Origin: Octopus sinensis
Lineage: Eukaryota
Length of the DNA: 64,000 nucleotides
NCBI RefSeq assembly: GCF_006345805.1
Contig: NC_043006.1
Coordinates: 40,982,001 to 41,046,000 of the forward strand
Direction of reading: 5' to 3'
Below are positions 1 through 11,904 of this stretch, piece by piece; position 1 is the first letter of the stretch; every line of letters begins with the position of its first letter. A model generated the notes under the pieces. It worked only from the letters and a program-made list of their open reading frames with translations. It was not told where the DNA came from and made no database searches. The position numbers were made by a program, and so were the translations under genes.

Positions 1-103
1 TGAAAGCCAAAGTGGACCTCAGTGGAAATTGAACCCAGAACGTGAAAACAGACCTATAAGTATTTCGTCCGACGTGGTAACGACTCTGCTAGCTCGCCAC
101 CTT
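1..103 (-). mobile_element. SINE family A (tRNA-derived; ggcggcgagctggcagaatcgttagc..), runs off the window edge
   Basis: Matches the other family A copies. Confidence 0.8.
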
Positions 104-138
104 AAATAATAATAATAATAATAATAATAATAATCATA

Positions 139-570
139 ATCCACTGTGATTCTGTGATTGATGCTCTGATACCTGACATTGTTGTAGTTGGCAAAATGAA
201 GGAAACCAAGATCATAGACATTACCATACCTGGGGATATACGAATAGATGCTGAGAGGACTGGATAAAGAGTGAAAAATATAAACCATTAAAAGATGGCA
301 CTACACGAATGTGGGCAATGAAGACAGCAACTGTCATCTTAGTAGTAGTTGGGGCAGCGAGAGCATTAAGAGCCAGGTTTGAGAAATTTGCTTGAGAAAT
401 TGTGATTTACACGAGGGTAGACCATGATCAGAAGACTGCTTTATTGAGGAAAGCGAGGATTTTTGAGGTTGGTGCTTGAGTGCTAAGTATTGTGGAAGAA
501 AACCCTGTGAGATCTTTGGCAACATCTTGTTGTCCGCTCTTACAGAATTAACCAAAGCAAGTTAAATGGA
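139..570 (+). mobile_element. 5'-truncated R4/Dong-clade non-LTR retrotransposon (RLE endonuclease C-terminus and 3' UTR), family 1
   Basis: Frameshifted translation IHCDSVIDALIPDIVVVGK..ETKIIDITIPGD / EKYKPLK..RMWAMKTATVILVVVGA..QKTALL (PD-D/ExK RLE motifs). (AAT)n on both sides. Confidence 0.85.
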
Positions 571-632
<62 letters not shown>

Positions 633-642
633 TAATAAATAA

Positions 643-883
643 GTGCTCATGGGAACTGCTCATATCCTAAGCAAAATACTTTCTATGTAATCTCAAGTTT
701 TAAAACAAACATAATTTTCGTATGGTTTTTTAGGCATTCATTAGTATAACACTAAGTACGAAACCAAATATATGGCACCCTAGGCATAACACCAACATGA
801 ACTTCCAACTTGTTGTCTCTTGAGGTCTCTGGGTGAGACTTGGAGCCAGCTTGTACAAATGTAAAGCAAAAGTCAAACATAAA
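643..883 (+). mobile_element. R4/Dong-clade 3' end, family 2
   Basis: VLMGTAHILSKILSM* followed by a 3' UTR containing gaggtctctgggtgagacttgg; (AAT)n on both sides. Confidence 0.75.
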
Positions 884-910
884 ATAATAATAATAATGAT
901 AATAATAATA

Positions 911-952
<42 letters not shown>

Positions 953-972
953 GGATGATGATGATGATGATG

Positions 973-1017
<45 letters not shown>

Positions 1018-1019
1018 TC

Positions 1020-1225
1020 TACTATAGGCACAAGGCCTGAAATTTTTGGGGAGGGGTCCAGTCAGTTAGATCAACCCCAGTACTCAACTGGTACTTATTG
1101 TATTGACTTCGAAAATATGAAAGGCAAAATCTAGCTCTGCGGAATTTGAACTCAGAACGGAAGGACGTATGAAATGTTGCAAAGCATTTTGCTCGACGTG
1201 CTAACGATTCTGCCAGCCTACCGAC
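1020..1225 (-). mobile_element. SINE family A
   Basis: Family A head and body. Confidence 0.8.
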
Positions 1226-1228
1226 TGA

Positions 1229-1269
<41 letters not shown>

Positions 1270-1270
1270 C

Positions 1271-1314
<44 letters not shown>

Positions 1315-1315
<1 letters not shown>

Positions 1316-1588
1316 GTATGAGATAAGGAAGAAAGAAAAGTCGATAGATATGACAGGTTAAGCAGTTGTGGCCGATAAAAAAGGTGGTAGTAGTACCAAT
1401 AATTGTCGGAGCCCTGGGAAAAAATAGGGGCTGCAATAAGGGTGGAGCACTTGCAGAAAACAGCACTGCTTGGAACCGCTCGAATACTCCGGAAGGCGCT
1501 CGAAAAATAAGAGGTGTTACCTTAGTTCACTGGTAGTGAACAGCTGACACCGTAGTACATCTCCAGCGTTAGAAGCTGTGCAAATGCA
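1315..1588 (+). mobile_element. R4/Dong-clade 3' end, family 3
   Basis: KQLWPIKKVVVVPIIVGALG..RVEHLQKTALLGTARILRKALEK*; (AAT)n on both sides. Confidence 0.85.
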
Positions 1589-1612
1589 ATAATAATAATG
1601 ATGATGATGATG

Positions 1613-1654
<42 letters not shown>

Positions 1655-1674
1655 TAATAATAATATTTGTAAAT

Positions 1675-1882
1675 TTTGGTAAAAGGACCAATAATTTCGG
1701 GGAAGGAGTCAAGTCGATCACATCATCCTCAGTACTTGACTGGCACTTATTTTAATCGACCCCGATAGGATGAAAGTCAGAGTTACACCCGATGGAATTT
1801 GAACCTACAATGTAAAGAGCTGGAAAAAATGCCGCTTTGCATTTTGTCCTGTATGCTAACGAATGTTCTAGGTCGCCACCTA
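1675..1882 (-). mobile_element. SINE family A (diverged)
   Basis: Family A head and body. Confidence 0.75.
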
Positions 1883-2225
1883 ATATGGCGTAACAAATAT
1901 TTTGACTATTTGCCCACCAAACTCATTTTGCTCTTTTATTTTCTTTTGCATCACCGGTCCAACTTTGCTATAAATTAGGTGTTTTTTAAAAAAAAATTGT
2001 TTTAGCATATCTATGCTCTAGTTCACTATATAAACCACCACATTGATCTAAAGCATGGCCATCACTGAAAACTCCCACGTATAGAACGAATATTATATTT
2101 ATTTTGTACCACGAGAGTCACCGGTGATACACATATTAAAACGTGTTAAAATGGCCATTATGCCTCCACTTACACATTTGTTTAATTTATTTATGATTTT
2201 TTCTATAGATTAAATTTCAGATAGT

Positions 2226-2470
2226 GGAGGCGCGTGGCTTAGTGGTTAGGGTGTTGAACTCATGATCGTAAGGTTGTGGTTTCGATTTCTGGACCGGGTG
2301 ATGTGTTGTGTTCTTGAGCAAAATACTTCATTTCACGTTGCTCCAGTCCACTCAGCGGACAAAAATGAGTAATCCTGCGACGGACCGGCGTCCCGTCCAG
2401 GTGGGGAATTTCTACGCCACTGAAATCGAGAAACCGGCCCTTATGAGCTTGGCATGGCTCAGGAAGGAAC
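2226..2470 (+). mobile_element. SINE family C, tail type 1
   Basis: ggcgcgtggcttagtggttaggg (A box), gttcttgagcaaaatacttcatttcacgttgctccagtccactcag central block, cctgcgacggac..gtccagg tail. Confidence 0.85.
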
Positions 2471-2761
2471 ATTTTTTTTTTATATTTCAGATAATATTAT
2501 ATAAGCGTTATTAACTTCTTTTCTACATTAGTTTTTTGGAGAGCAGCGTTCCAGTGATGGAGATGATAGTGACCGCATTCTTCTTACCAGGTCCTGTCTT
2601 GTCCCCTATTGATTCAAATTGTAAAAAGCATCCGAGAAATACAAACAAACATGTGGACTGTAAATTTCTGAAAAATCGAATAATGCAGTTTGAACTGTAG
2701 TAATGTGAAGCGCCCTCAAAATAAATCAACATGAAAGTCATCGATGATTCCCATGGTGTAT

Positions 2762-3003
2762 TAACCGGCACTCCGTCGGTCACGACGACGAGTGTTCCTG
2801 TTGATCCGATCAACAGAACAGTCTGCTCGTGAAATTAACGCGCATGTAGCTGGGCACATGTAGTTCTCAGGGAGATTTTTGCCAGCTGAGTGAACTGGAG
2901 CAACGTGAAATAAAGTGTCTTGCTCAAGGACAGAACGTGCTGTTGGGAATCGAACTCACGACCGTGAGCCCAATATCCTAACCATTAAGCTACACGCCTT
3001 CAC
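2762..3003 (-). mobile_element. SINE family C, tail type 2 (internally deleted)
   Basis: Family C head and centre; tail shared with 37591-37910. Confidence 0.8.
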
Positions 3004-3599
3004 TATGTTATATTATGAATATAGCGTAGGGAGTCTCTGTTGTCTCACATCGTAGGCAAAGTGCTATATAAAATTTCCAGTGAATATTTTCTTGTTATCT
3101 TTGAACTCTATCGATCCGTTAAGTATGGACATGCTAAAAACTGAGCCTTACCTGTACTAAATCAAAACCTCTCTAAGTTAGTTACGAGAACTGTTGTCTT
3201 GTCTAGATGAGTTATTGAGGGTAAATAGCTTAATTATTGTGGAAGTATATACATGAAATGATGAATCAGTATAAAATGTCTAGAAAGGTAGAGTGGAATA
3301 AATTGAACTCTACTACTTCATTGGTACTCATTTTAATAGTCCTTGGAAAATGTAATGTAAAGTGTACCTCGGTTAAGAAATTAAACTAGCGTAGATGGTT
3401 AAGAACCTTACTTCCCAGCCATATGCTTTTGGGTTCGGTTCCTCTGTGTGGCACCTTGGACCAGAAAAGGTAATTAGAAACGGTATCATGAACTACATGC
3501 CAGAAGCGAGAATGGTGCTCGATTCTTTTCTTTAATGAGAAACATGAAAGTTATAATTTGTTATAGCCAGGGTTCTTGCGCTAAAACAAACAAAATGAA

Positions 3600-4590
3600 A
3601 ACCGTTTGATTGGTCCAGGTTGCGGAGGTGCATAGTGGTATCAAAATCACAATTCGTCCTTTCACGGACCGGGACAGGCACGTGCTACTCGGTTCCAAGC
3701 AGACGTATGCAACTTTCCAGTTGTACCTTGCATGACTGTTGGGAGTGATCAAGGGGTCAGAAATGATGGCGGACTTTACGACCAACCTGAACAGCCTTCC
3801 ACAACACCCAACGGGAGAGGAGAGGTACTGCAAAAAGCTGATAACATCATTGAAAAACAGGAGGCAGTGAGCGGCTAAACCAGAGACAAATCGCCTTGTT
3901 CGAATAGTGTGCTTTATAAGCTTTATTGGTATACTCCAGCTTGTTCGGCGACTTCTTGGCTGGCTTAACTACAACTGGTAACAAAACAGGGGAATTCCGA
4001 GTTCTGTGATCCGAGGAATTCCGAGTTCTGAGATCCGGGGTATGGTAGCGCTACTGAGAAAGAATGCCAACGAGAGAGATATCATAGATAATTTCCGGTC
4101 CATAATGCCATTCGTTTCAGCAAAGAGGTCGACACTTTCCATCAGTGATGTAAAGTTCCAGCTTTTGGTCTGGTCGGAAAAGTGCAAACGTGCGAAATAT
4201 TCAATATATCTATTTACTACAACCGCCATTTTATATGCTAGATTCACGGGGTGGTGGGAAAAAAACCTGGCTTCGGTTTTGCTCTGAGCAAATTTTGTCT
4301 TTCGAAAGCTTTCGACAGAGTCGACCATTACTGCTACCCAAACAGATCCACGGGTTGCAGGGTTGTCGCATGAGTGGTACTACAAAGGTGTTGCCCACCA
4401 GGATTAGTAGAGAGCCACCAGCAAATGGTGGATGCTGCAGCGCGCTGTTAGAGCGCATGCCTCATGACGACGACGTAAAATGTCACATAGCTTTTCTTTC
4501 TCATCATCTTTTGCATAAACCCCACCCCAATTGTTGATTGTCTTTGTGACCGCCCACTCGTCTATGCCCCTGTAATTAATAAAAGAAATC
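3600..4590 (+). mobile_element. Decayed Tx1/L1-clade LINE (RT fragment, internal deletion, 3' end)
   Basis: LLGWLNYNW*QNRGIPSSVIRG..MVALLRKNANERDIIDNFRSI and VVGKKPGFGFAL..LSKAFDRVDH. Ends in aataaaagaaat near 4578-4590. Contains a 24-nt tandem duplication at 3991-4038. Confidence 0.8.
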
Positions 4591-4654
4591 CTCCTCCTCC
4601 TCCACCTCATTATTATTATTGTTGTTGCTGTTGTTTTTGTTGTTGCTATTACTA

Positions 4655-4686
<32 letters not shown>

Positions 4687-5180
4687 GAGTGAGCGAGCAG
4701 AGCATGCCATCAAAGTGACACTGGGGTAAAATATACGAAGCCCAATATACCCATCATGACTACCCGTCTGATAAAGGTACACCGGGCACATGCATCACAA
4801 CCATATGTGCGCGACATGGTGATCTCATATCAAGATAAACAGCACATGACCTTGCAGGTGGGGCCCAGTTAGAATTTTCTTCAGGTTGAGTAGCCCATCC
4901 CGCTCAAACGGTCCCTGAATAAGGGTTGTTTAGGGATGTTGAAAGAACCACCCATGTTTCCAGAGGTGAACTATTCAAACTCCAAAGAATCCCTCTCAAC
5001 ACATGGCTATGATGCTCCCCCACTACTTCTGCTCGTGATCAGAGATGCACATATCGTCAGCCACTGAGAGACATGCTCAACTGGTTAAAGTCAAACAACT
5101 GACAAGCAAATCTGTGGTATTGAGCAGAATATTTGCTGTAGCCCATCTTTTATACCAAGACAAAACAATGTACATGATAA
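4687..5180 (-). mobile_element. 494-bp non-coding repeat at (TAA)n tracts (family D), full copy 1
   Basis: Aligns end to end with 13554-14047; (ATT)n on both sides. Strand inferred from truncated copies retaining the gagtgagagagc end. Confidence 0.85.
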
Positions 5181-5231
<51 letters not shown>

Positions 5232-5237
5232 GTTATT

Positions 5238-5327
<90 letters not shown>

Positions 5328-5360
5328 TATTATTATTATAGCCGGTGAAGTGGTTAAAAC

Positions 5361-5815
5361 AGTGTTGAACACCAGATCGAATACTTTGCACTATTTAGTT
5401 GCATCTTATTACGTTCTGATTTCAAAACGTCCACTCAGACTCATGGCTTTAATTCTTGTCCAAACAGTATGTTTTACATATGTACAGGAGTCGACTGAAT
5501 AAAAAAATATGGCATCATTATATAAAAACAGAAATTGAGGTAGATTACTCGTCAAGTACTAGAGGGATATAATTAGCTAACCCCACTCCGTCTAAAATTC
5601 TTGACGTTTTGCTGGCAGAATCGTTAGCACGCCGAGCAAAATGCTTATTGGCATTTCGTCCGTCTTTACGTTCTAAGTTCAAATGCCACAGAGGTCGCAT
5701 TTGCCTTTCATCTTTTTGGGGTCGATAAAATAAGTACCAGTTGAGTACTGGGGTAAATATAATAGACTTAACTATTCCCGTAAATCTCCTGGCCTAGTAC
5801 CAAAATTTGAAACTA
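5361..5815 (+). mobile_element. Two tandem family A SINEs (first very diverged)
   Basis: Paralogous to 23738-24172. Confidence 0.7.
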
Positions 5816-5824
5816 TTATTATTA

Positions 5825-5913
<89 letters not shown>

Positions 5914-5981
5914 TTATTATTATTATTATTGTTGTTGTTGTTGTTGTTACTACTATTATTATTCTAATTATTATCATTATT

Positions 5982-6067
5982 GAGTGGGAGAACAGTGTAT
6001 GCCAAAAAAAGTGACAGCGGTGTAAAATAAACGAAGCCCAGTATACCCATTACGATTAACCGTCTGA
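5982..6067 (-). mobile_element. Family D, truncated terminal fragment
   Basis: gagtgggagaacagtgtatgcc..gaagcccagtatacccat..cgtctga, embedded in (ATT)n. Confidence 0.75.
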
Positions 6068-6087
6068 TTATTATTATTATTATTATT

Positions 6088-6179
<92 letters not shown>

Positions 6180-7261
6180 GCTGAAATTCTTTAGCCTGAA
6201 CCGAGGCCACTGTATAAGTGTTGGATTGTTTTGCCTTTGCCAGCCTCTGTTGAATATGCCTTGTTATCATTTAACCTTTTCCCTAGATATAATATATACG
6301 AGAGAACACGTCCTTTCTTTTCAGAATATTTCATTACGTGCGTTTGAAAAAAAAAATGGTTGCTATTTCTAGGTGACCGAGCAACCACACAAAAACAACC
6401 CAATTAATTATTATAGATCCAAGTTAAGAAAACAAATGTGGTTTTGATTATTTCTAAAATTTCAGCATCAGAAATAAGCACAATCTTGTTACTGTAACTA
6501 GTAAAAACTATTAAGAATTAGTTAAGGTTATTTCCAGGCTAAGCAATCAAGGGAGATAAGGCCGAACGTTTGTTTGGAACTTAACATCGTCAACGGTTGT
6601 AGAGTTTTTCGCTCTTGCTTAGAGGCCTGCCGTAGCTCATATTTCCATACGATGAGGACGCTTCAACCTCGAAGACGTATCCCAATTTTTACTCGAAAAC
6701 ATTTTTTTAAGACGGAAAAGAAAACGGACAAGATATATGTAGATAAAAAAATCTCGGCTGCACTTATATATACTTTACAAAAATGCTTTGTTAGTCGTTT
6801 AGCGGCTTAGAGAGGCATAAATTCTGTTCATAAATTTTTTTTTTATCATACAGAGACACGGTAAGTTTAGAAAAGATACCCCACCCCTCCGGAAGTAAGA
6901 TTTGCTAATAGAAAAATATAGAACACACAGTAGATGTTTGATGCTCGTATTAGGTAAAAAAAAAAGAAAAAAGAAAAAGAAAAAGAAACATTCCCGGCGC
7001 CTCGAAGGACAATAGTTTCATACGGAAATGGTTGGAATCGGAGATTCACGCCAGAAAGAAAAAAGCCGCCGTGTAACACCGGAAGATGATAATAATTGAT
7101 AATCTAAATATGAAATACACATTTATGTAATAAAGAGTTGGATTTGATTCAGATATTTTCAAGAAAAATATCTCAGTAGATTAGACTTGTGGTCATAATG
7201 TTTTTTGTATTGCATATAGCCTCATTTATCACTGATTCATTCATCACTGATTCAAGATAAT

Positions 7262-7730
7262 GCAGTACGCTCAATTGTGAACCATGTTACGCTTATCACG
7301 GATTGGTCTGTGATAACGCGGATCGGCGATCGATCGAATATTCTTCTTGTATCACAAGGTCGCTCACCAGCGACTACCCACGGTACTCAACTTTCCAGAA
7401 TGCACTGACAAGTTCTTGTGCTTGCATTACCGAACTACGAGGCTGCGTACTTTATTTACAGTTTTACTTTTTCGTAGCTATCAAAATGCGACCAGGGAAA
7501 AGAAAAAAATACGAAAGCGCCTGATCCTAACAAATGAGAAAGATGAGTGTATTCTCTCGAGGAAAAGGTTGATAAGATCAAGAAAATACACGACAGTAGA
7601 TGTTTCACTGTTGTGGGCCGCAAGTCTGGTGTCAATGAACCATTCGTCCCATTCACAATGTGCTTGGAAATTCATTTATCACTGTGTTATTCTTTTTGAA
7701 CCAAACCTCTGTGATAAACGAGGATAAATG
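7262..7730 (+). mobile_element. Tigger/pogo-type DNA transposon relic (5' part)
   Basis: Frameshifted MRPGKRK..RKMSVFS / EEKVDKIKKIHDSRCFTVVGRKSGVNE (7559-7639) resembles the N-terminal HTH of Tigger/CENP-B-like transposases. Confidence 0.65.
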
Positions 7731-8559
7731 TTTGAAATTTTGTCAAATAATATGGAAACGTTCAAGGTAAGCTATATTCTAAATACTTTCACATGTGGAA
7801 AGTATTTCTGACAGTTCTTGTTCGAGAGATCTTTAAACAATGTCCTTTATTTGTTTGCAGGGCAAAAAGTATCGTTTTTATTTTTTGAACCAACGACAGA
7901 GTCTCTATTCGGTAATTTGATCCGCTTCAAGTAGTTGCCAAACCACCTTCAAATTATATCCTTACCGCTTTGAAAATTGGAGGTTCCTCGAGAGGACGTA
8001 ATGGTCGTGACTGAAGCAACAGAAGCAACCACAACAATAACAACAACAATAGTAATAATAACAACATATGTCTAATATAAAGATTTGGTGATCTTTGTCC
8101 TTACCTCCTTATCTGTAAGCATTTTCTTATCTCAGCATCACGACATCTTCAACATCTTCAAAAAGTTCAAGGTTTGCGTGTAACATTTGCATGAAACTGG
8201 CGCTTGCCATGTCTTCCAGAAGTAGTTTGTTATGGTAACCACACAGTACAGCGTTGATTCTCTCGTCAAACCGACCTTATGAAAAGCATTAAATTTTGTT
8301 GTTCTTTTTCATTTTTGCTGCAGTTATTTTTATCATTCTGAATTTAAATTCCTCTGAAATCGTCTTTGCCTTTTATTGGTTTTGTACCAGAGAAGTAAAA
8401 GGGTCAATTTTATCAATCTTCTTATTTTCCATCACTTTGTGGTTTTGAGGTGAATATAGTCAAAGACGCAACAATCTTCATCTTATTCGATTTATTATAG
8501 AGCATGTTGACATCATATCTCGCTCTGATCAATTTAAATCAGTATAAAAGATAGGTAGG

Positions 8560-10270
8560 GTCAATCATCTCTACCAGGAGTATCCCTTAGGTACAGTTGA
8601 TTTCAGTTCTGCTTTCAGAGGTATGATTGTCTCAACCTACAGCAGCATCTTCTTAGTTACCAAACTCTGTAATCACCCATCAGAACCAAATGCATTCGGT
8701 CCAGCAAGGATACCCCTTCCCGTCTCTTCTATATGTTTTGACTTTCGAAGCCTTGTTGTAGAGACTGGAGACATCAAAATGCATCCTGCTCGAACTGGGA
8801 CACTAAAGTGCCGTGTCTGCATACGCGGACTACGTTACCATCATGCCGTCGATTACATTAGGAACCGATATGGTCGGCTCATACTAGAAGAGCATCAAGA
8901 GGCAAAGGAAAAAGCACGCATTAATGTGCTGGTTTGTAACTTGAATTCTGGTTGATGCGACTCCATTGGGGATGGTGACTGCTGCCGTTTCAGTGAACGT
9001 TCTGAGAGGATCTCTAATCAGGTAGAGAAAAACTGGAAAGAGGTGGTTGTGATCAGGGTGGATAAACTCACTCATAAATGGACTGTGAGCAGGGTGGATA
9101 AACTCACTCATAAACTGTCTCTGAAAGGTAAGATACAAATGGTTTCTGTCGATATCGCTTCGTGATGTATTTTGCTTGTTTTGCTTTAGTCCAGGAAACA
9201 CTGAACAAGATTGGATTTATGATCTTTCCTTTCCTGAAGAACAGATTCCTCTGACCACACGACCCAATTGTTGCTAATAACCACTCCAGAGGGATTCTTA
9301 GAGTGTTGTGGCTGATGATGCGCAGATGCGAACTACGGCTGCTCCATCTTCAGAGATTCCTGGACGACGACGATGGCGAACGAATGTGAGTACCGTTTGG
9401 CAATATGTCTTTCTGCAGCTCGTCTCTTTGATCGAGTGCAATATCAGACATGGTTAGATATTTGGACCCTGCCATGTTGCCAGGCAATCACTGTACTCTA
9501 CATACTAGACACTGCGGTCCGGTCAATAGAAAGTACAGAGAGTGAATCGAAGGCATGAACGAGATCCTTGGAGCGATTCTGATCGTCAACGAGGAGAACG
9601 TGAGTTGTCTTTTCCCGAGAAGCTTCATATGGGAATTATGAACAATTAGTGTATGATAAACAGTTATATCTTGTGAAGTTGAAACTTTTGTTTTTCTTGC
9701 ATTATCTGAGAGGACGTAGGTTGGTAAGACAACTCCAATTATCCGAAATTCGCGGATGATTCTGCCTGGCACGTACTCATCCATTGCTTTACATGGCTGA
9801 TCCGTGGGATTATGTCAAACAATTGCCATAATTGTGCAGAATGGATCTGTTTATCAATTAACTTTATCCCGAAGATAAACTCACTGCATCTTCCTTTGAC
9901 AAAGAAGAAGGGTTAGTCTTCTTCTATGTAGTGGCTATGATAGAGGAAATTGTGTGGTCGAAGAGTCTGAAATATTTAGCAGGCCAAACCTTCTCCGATG
10001 TTTTTCGAGTACTACTTGAAAAATAAGGACAGGTGTGGAGAGGGAGACGCAGCTGTTTTATGAAGGTTGGGTGAGAGTGACGAAATTGGTGCTTCCCAAA
10101 GATCCTTCACTAACTACACGGCTGTACGTTAGTGGTAGGATTTGGAAGGAGACACTTATCCTTGGCGTATTAAGGTAATCAGGAAAAGCACTCGTTAGCG
10201 GGAGCTAATCAACTGGTTTGCAACTCATCACCTGAAGTGGTATGTCCATGCTGGTAAGTGTTGTGGATCG
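8560..10270 (-). mobile_element. Heavily decayed non-LTR retrotransposon RT region
   Basis: RT-like motifs in the expected order across frames: NLRPL, STSQDI, KDLVHAFDSL, RKGKIINPILFSV, ILPFRDSL (FADD-like). GC-richer than flanks; 36-nt tandem duplication near 9056-9115. Confidence 0.55.
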
Positions 10271-10306
10271 CAGACCGTCGGTCTAGTTAAGATGTTTGTG
10301 GGTTGA

Positions 10307-10352
<46 letters not shown>

Positions 10353-10357
<5 letters not shown>

Positions 10358-10405
10358 TCCGCTTAGCGAAGGCAGTGGTATTATTTTCAGTCGTGTTTGT
10401 TTGTT
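10353..10405 (+). mobile_element. Truncated 5' end of the same element
   Basis: ttacctccgcttagcgaaggcagtggtattattttcagtcgtgtttgtttgtt. Confidence 0.6.
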
Positions 10406-10489
10406 ATAACTTATGTCTTCATCAACATTTTAAGTTTCCTTTATTGTTGTAGTTTTATTGTTCTCATGCTATTATTGAAATTATTGATT

Positions 10490-10700
10490 TCAAATTTTGG
10501 CACAAGGCCAGTGATTTCGAGGGAGCGAGTAAATCGATTACGTCGACCCTAGTGCTCAACTGTTATCGATTTTATCGACTCTGAAAAGATGAAACGCAAA
10601 GTCGACCTCGGCGAAATTTGAACTCAGAACGTGAAGACGGACAAACTGCAGCTAAGCATTTTGTCCGGTGCGGTAACGATTTTGCCAGCTCACTGCGCTT
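10490..10700 (-). mobile_element. SINE family A
   Basis: Family A head and body. Confidence 0.8.
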
Positions 10701-11070
10701 GTTATTCTAATTATTGTTATCTATTTATTAATGTGGCTTTATTGTTATTGTTAATTTCACACTTTTACTCCATGTAAGTTTGCCATTTTGTTTTAGTTTT
10801 TTTTTCATGCATATTCTTTTGCATTTTGAACTAGCCTCAACGCTTTGGGTCCTATGGCGAGAAAAAAAAAAACTTCGATAGTGTGATGTTTGGTGTACAA
10901 ACATGTGCAATTCCCGGCAGATCTATCAACAACAATCTCCACCCCTTGCGATAGACTAATAGAAAGGGTGGGTTATTTATCTAGTATCAATTTATAATAC
11001 CTGATATCAATAAAAAATTATAGTATCTAATATCCAAATAATTACCTGATATCAATATACTTGAATTAAT

Positions 11071-11310
11071 AAAGGCAGCGAGCTGGCAGAACTGTTAGCA
11101 CGCCGAGCAAAATACTTAACAGCATTTCGTCCATCTTTACATTCTGAGTTCGATTTCTGCCGAGGTCGACTTTGCTTCACATCTTTTCGGGGTCTATAAA
11201 GTAATTAGCAGTTGATAAATGGAGGGTGGTGGTGGGAAGGAAGGGTGTCGATGTAATCGTCTTACACCTCCGCCGAATTTGTTGGTCTTGTGCCAAAGTT
11301 TGAAACCAAC
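11071..11310 (+). mobile_element. SINE family A
   Basis: aaggcagcgagctggcagaactgttagc.. Confidence 0.8.
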
Positions 11311-11405
11311 AGACTTGGATTAATCCAAAGCCTTAGAAGGGGTCGGCCTTCGTTACTTGCTGGTTGTGTTTAATGCCGCAAATTTTAAGAGGCTATATAT
11401 TTTAA

Positions 11406-11700
11406 GATAGTGGCACATGGCCTAGTGGTTAGAGCAGCGGATTCGCGGTCGAGGGATCGCGGGTTCGAATCTCAGACCGGACGATGTGTGTGCTTATGAG
11501 AGAAAACACCTAAGCTCCACGCGGCCCCGGCAGAAGGTAATGGCGAACTTCTGCTGCCTCTTTCGCCACAACATTCTCTCACTCTTTCCTCCTGCATCTT
11601 GCAGCTCACCTGCGACGGACAAGCGTCCCGTCCAGGTAGGGAACCTATACACCAAGGAAACCGGCTTAATGAGCCATACATGGCTTGAGAAGGAACAAAC
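11406..11700 (+). mobile_element. SINE with a different tRNA-like head and family C tail type 1
   Basis: tggcctagtggttagagc..gggttcgaatctc head; tail cctgcgacggac..gagaaggaaca. Confidence 0.8.
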
Positions 11701-11851
11701 AGACATTTTAAGAGGCTGGATCGCTTCAGTATACAGTAGTGTCTACTTCATGATCAAATTAAATAATCTCTTTGAACTTAAACTCTTAATTCATCAAAAG
11801 TGTACGGTCCCGTCGGTCTAGTTAAGATGTTTGTGGATTGAATTATTATTA

Positions 11852-11900
<49 letters not shown>

Positions 11901-11904
<4 letters not shown>

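Noticed and set aside
3991-4038. Short direct repeats as CRISPR-like arrays (also 9056-9115, 26708-26896)
   Set aside because: Only two adjacent units without unique spacers; eukaryotic context; no cas genes.
8884-9201. Integrase-like words (IHPDHN, SSHHPQ) suggesting a Gypsy element
   Set aside because: The surrounding ordered motifs fit a non-LTR RT better; the matches are short, frame-discordant and partly created by a 36-nt duplication.
11406-11480. Functional tRNA genes at SINE heads
   Set aside because: A and B boxes are present but there is no closed acceptor stem, and each continues into a SINE body.
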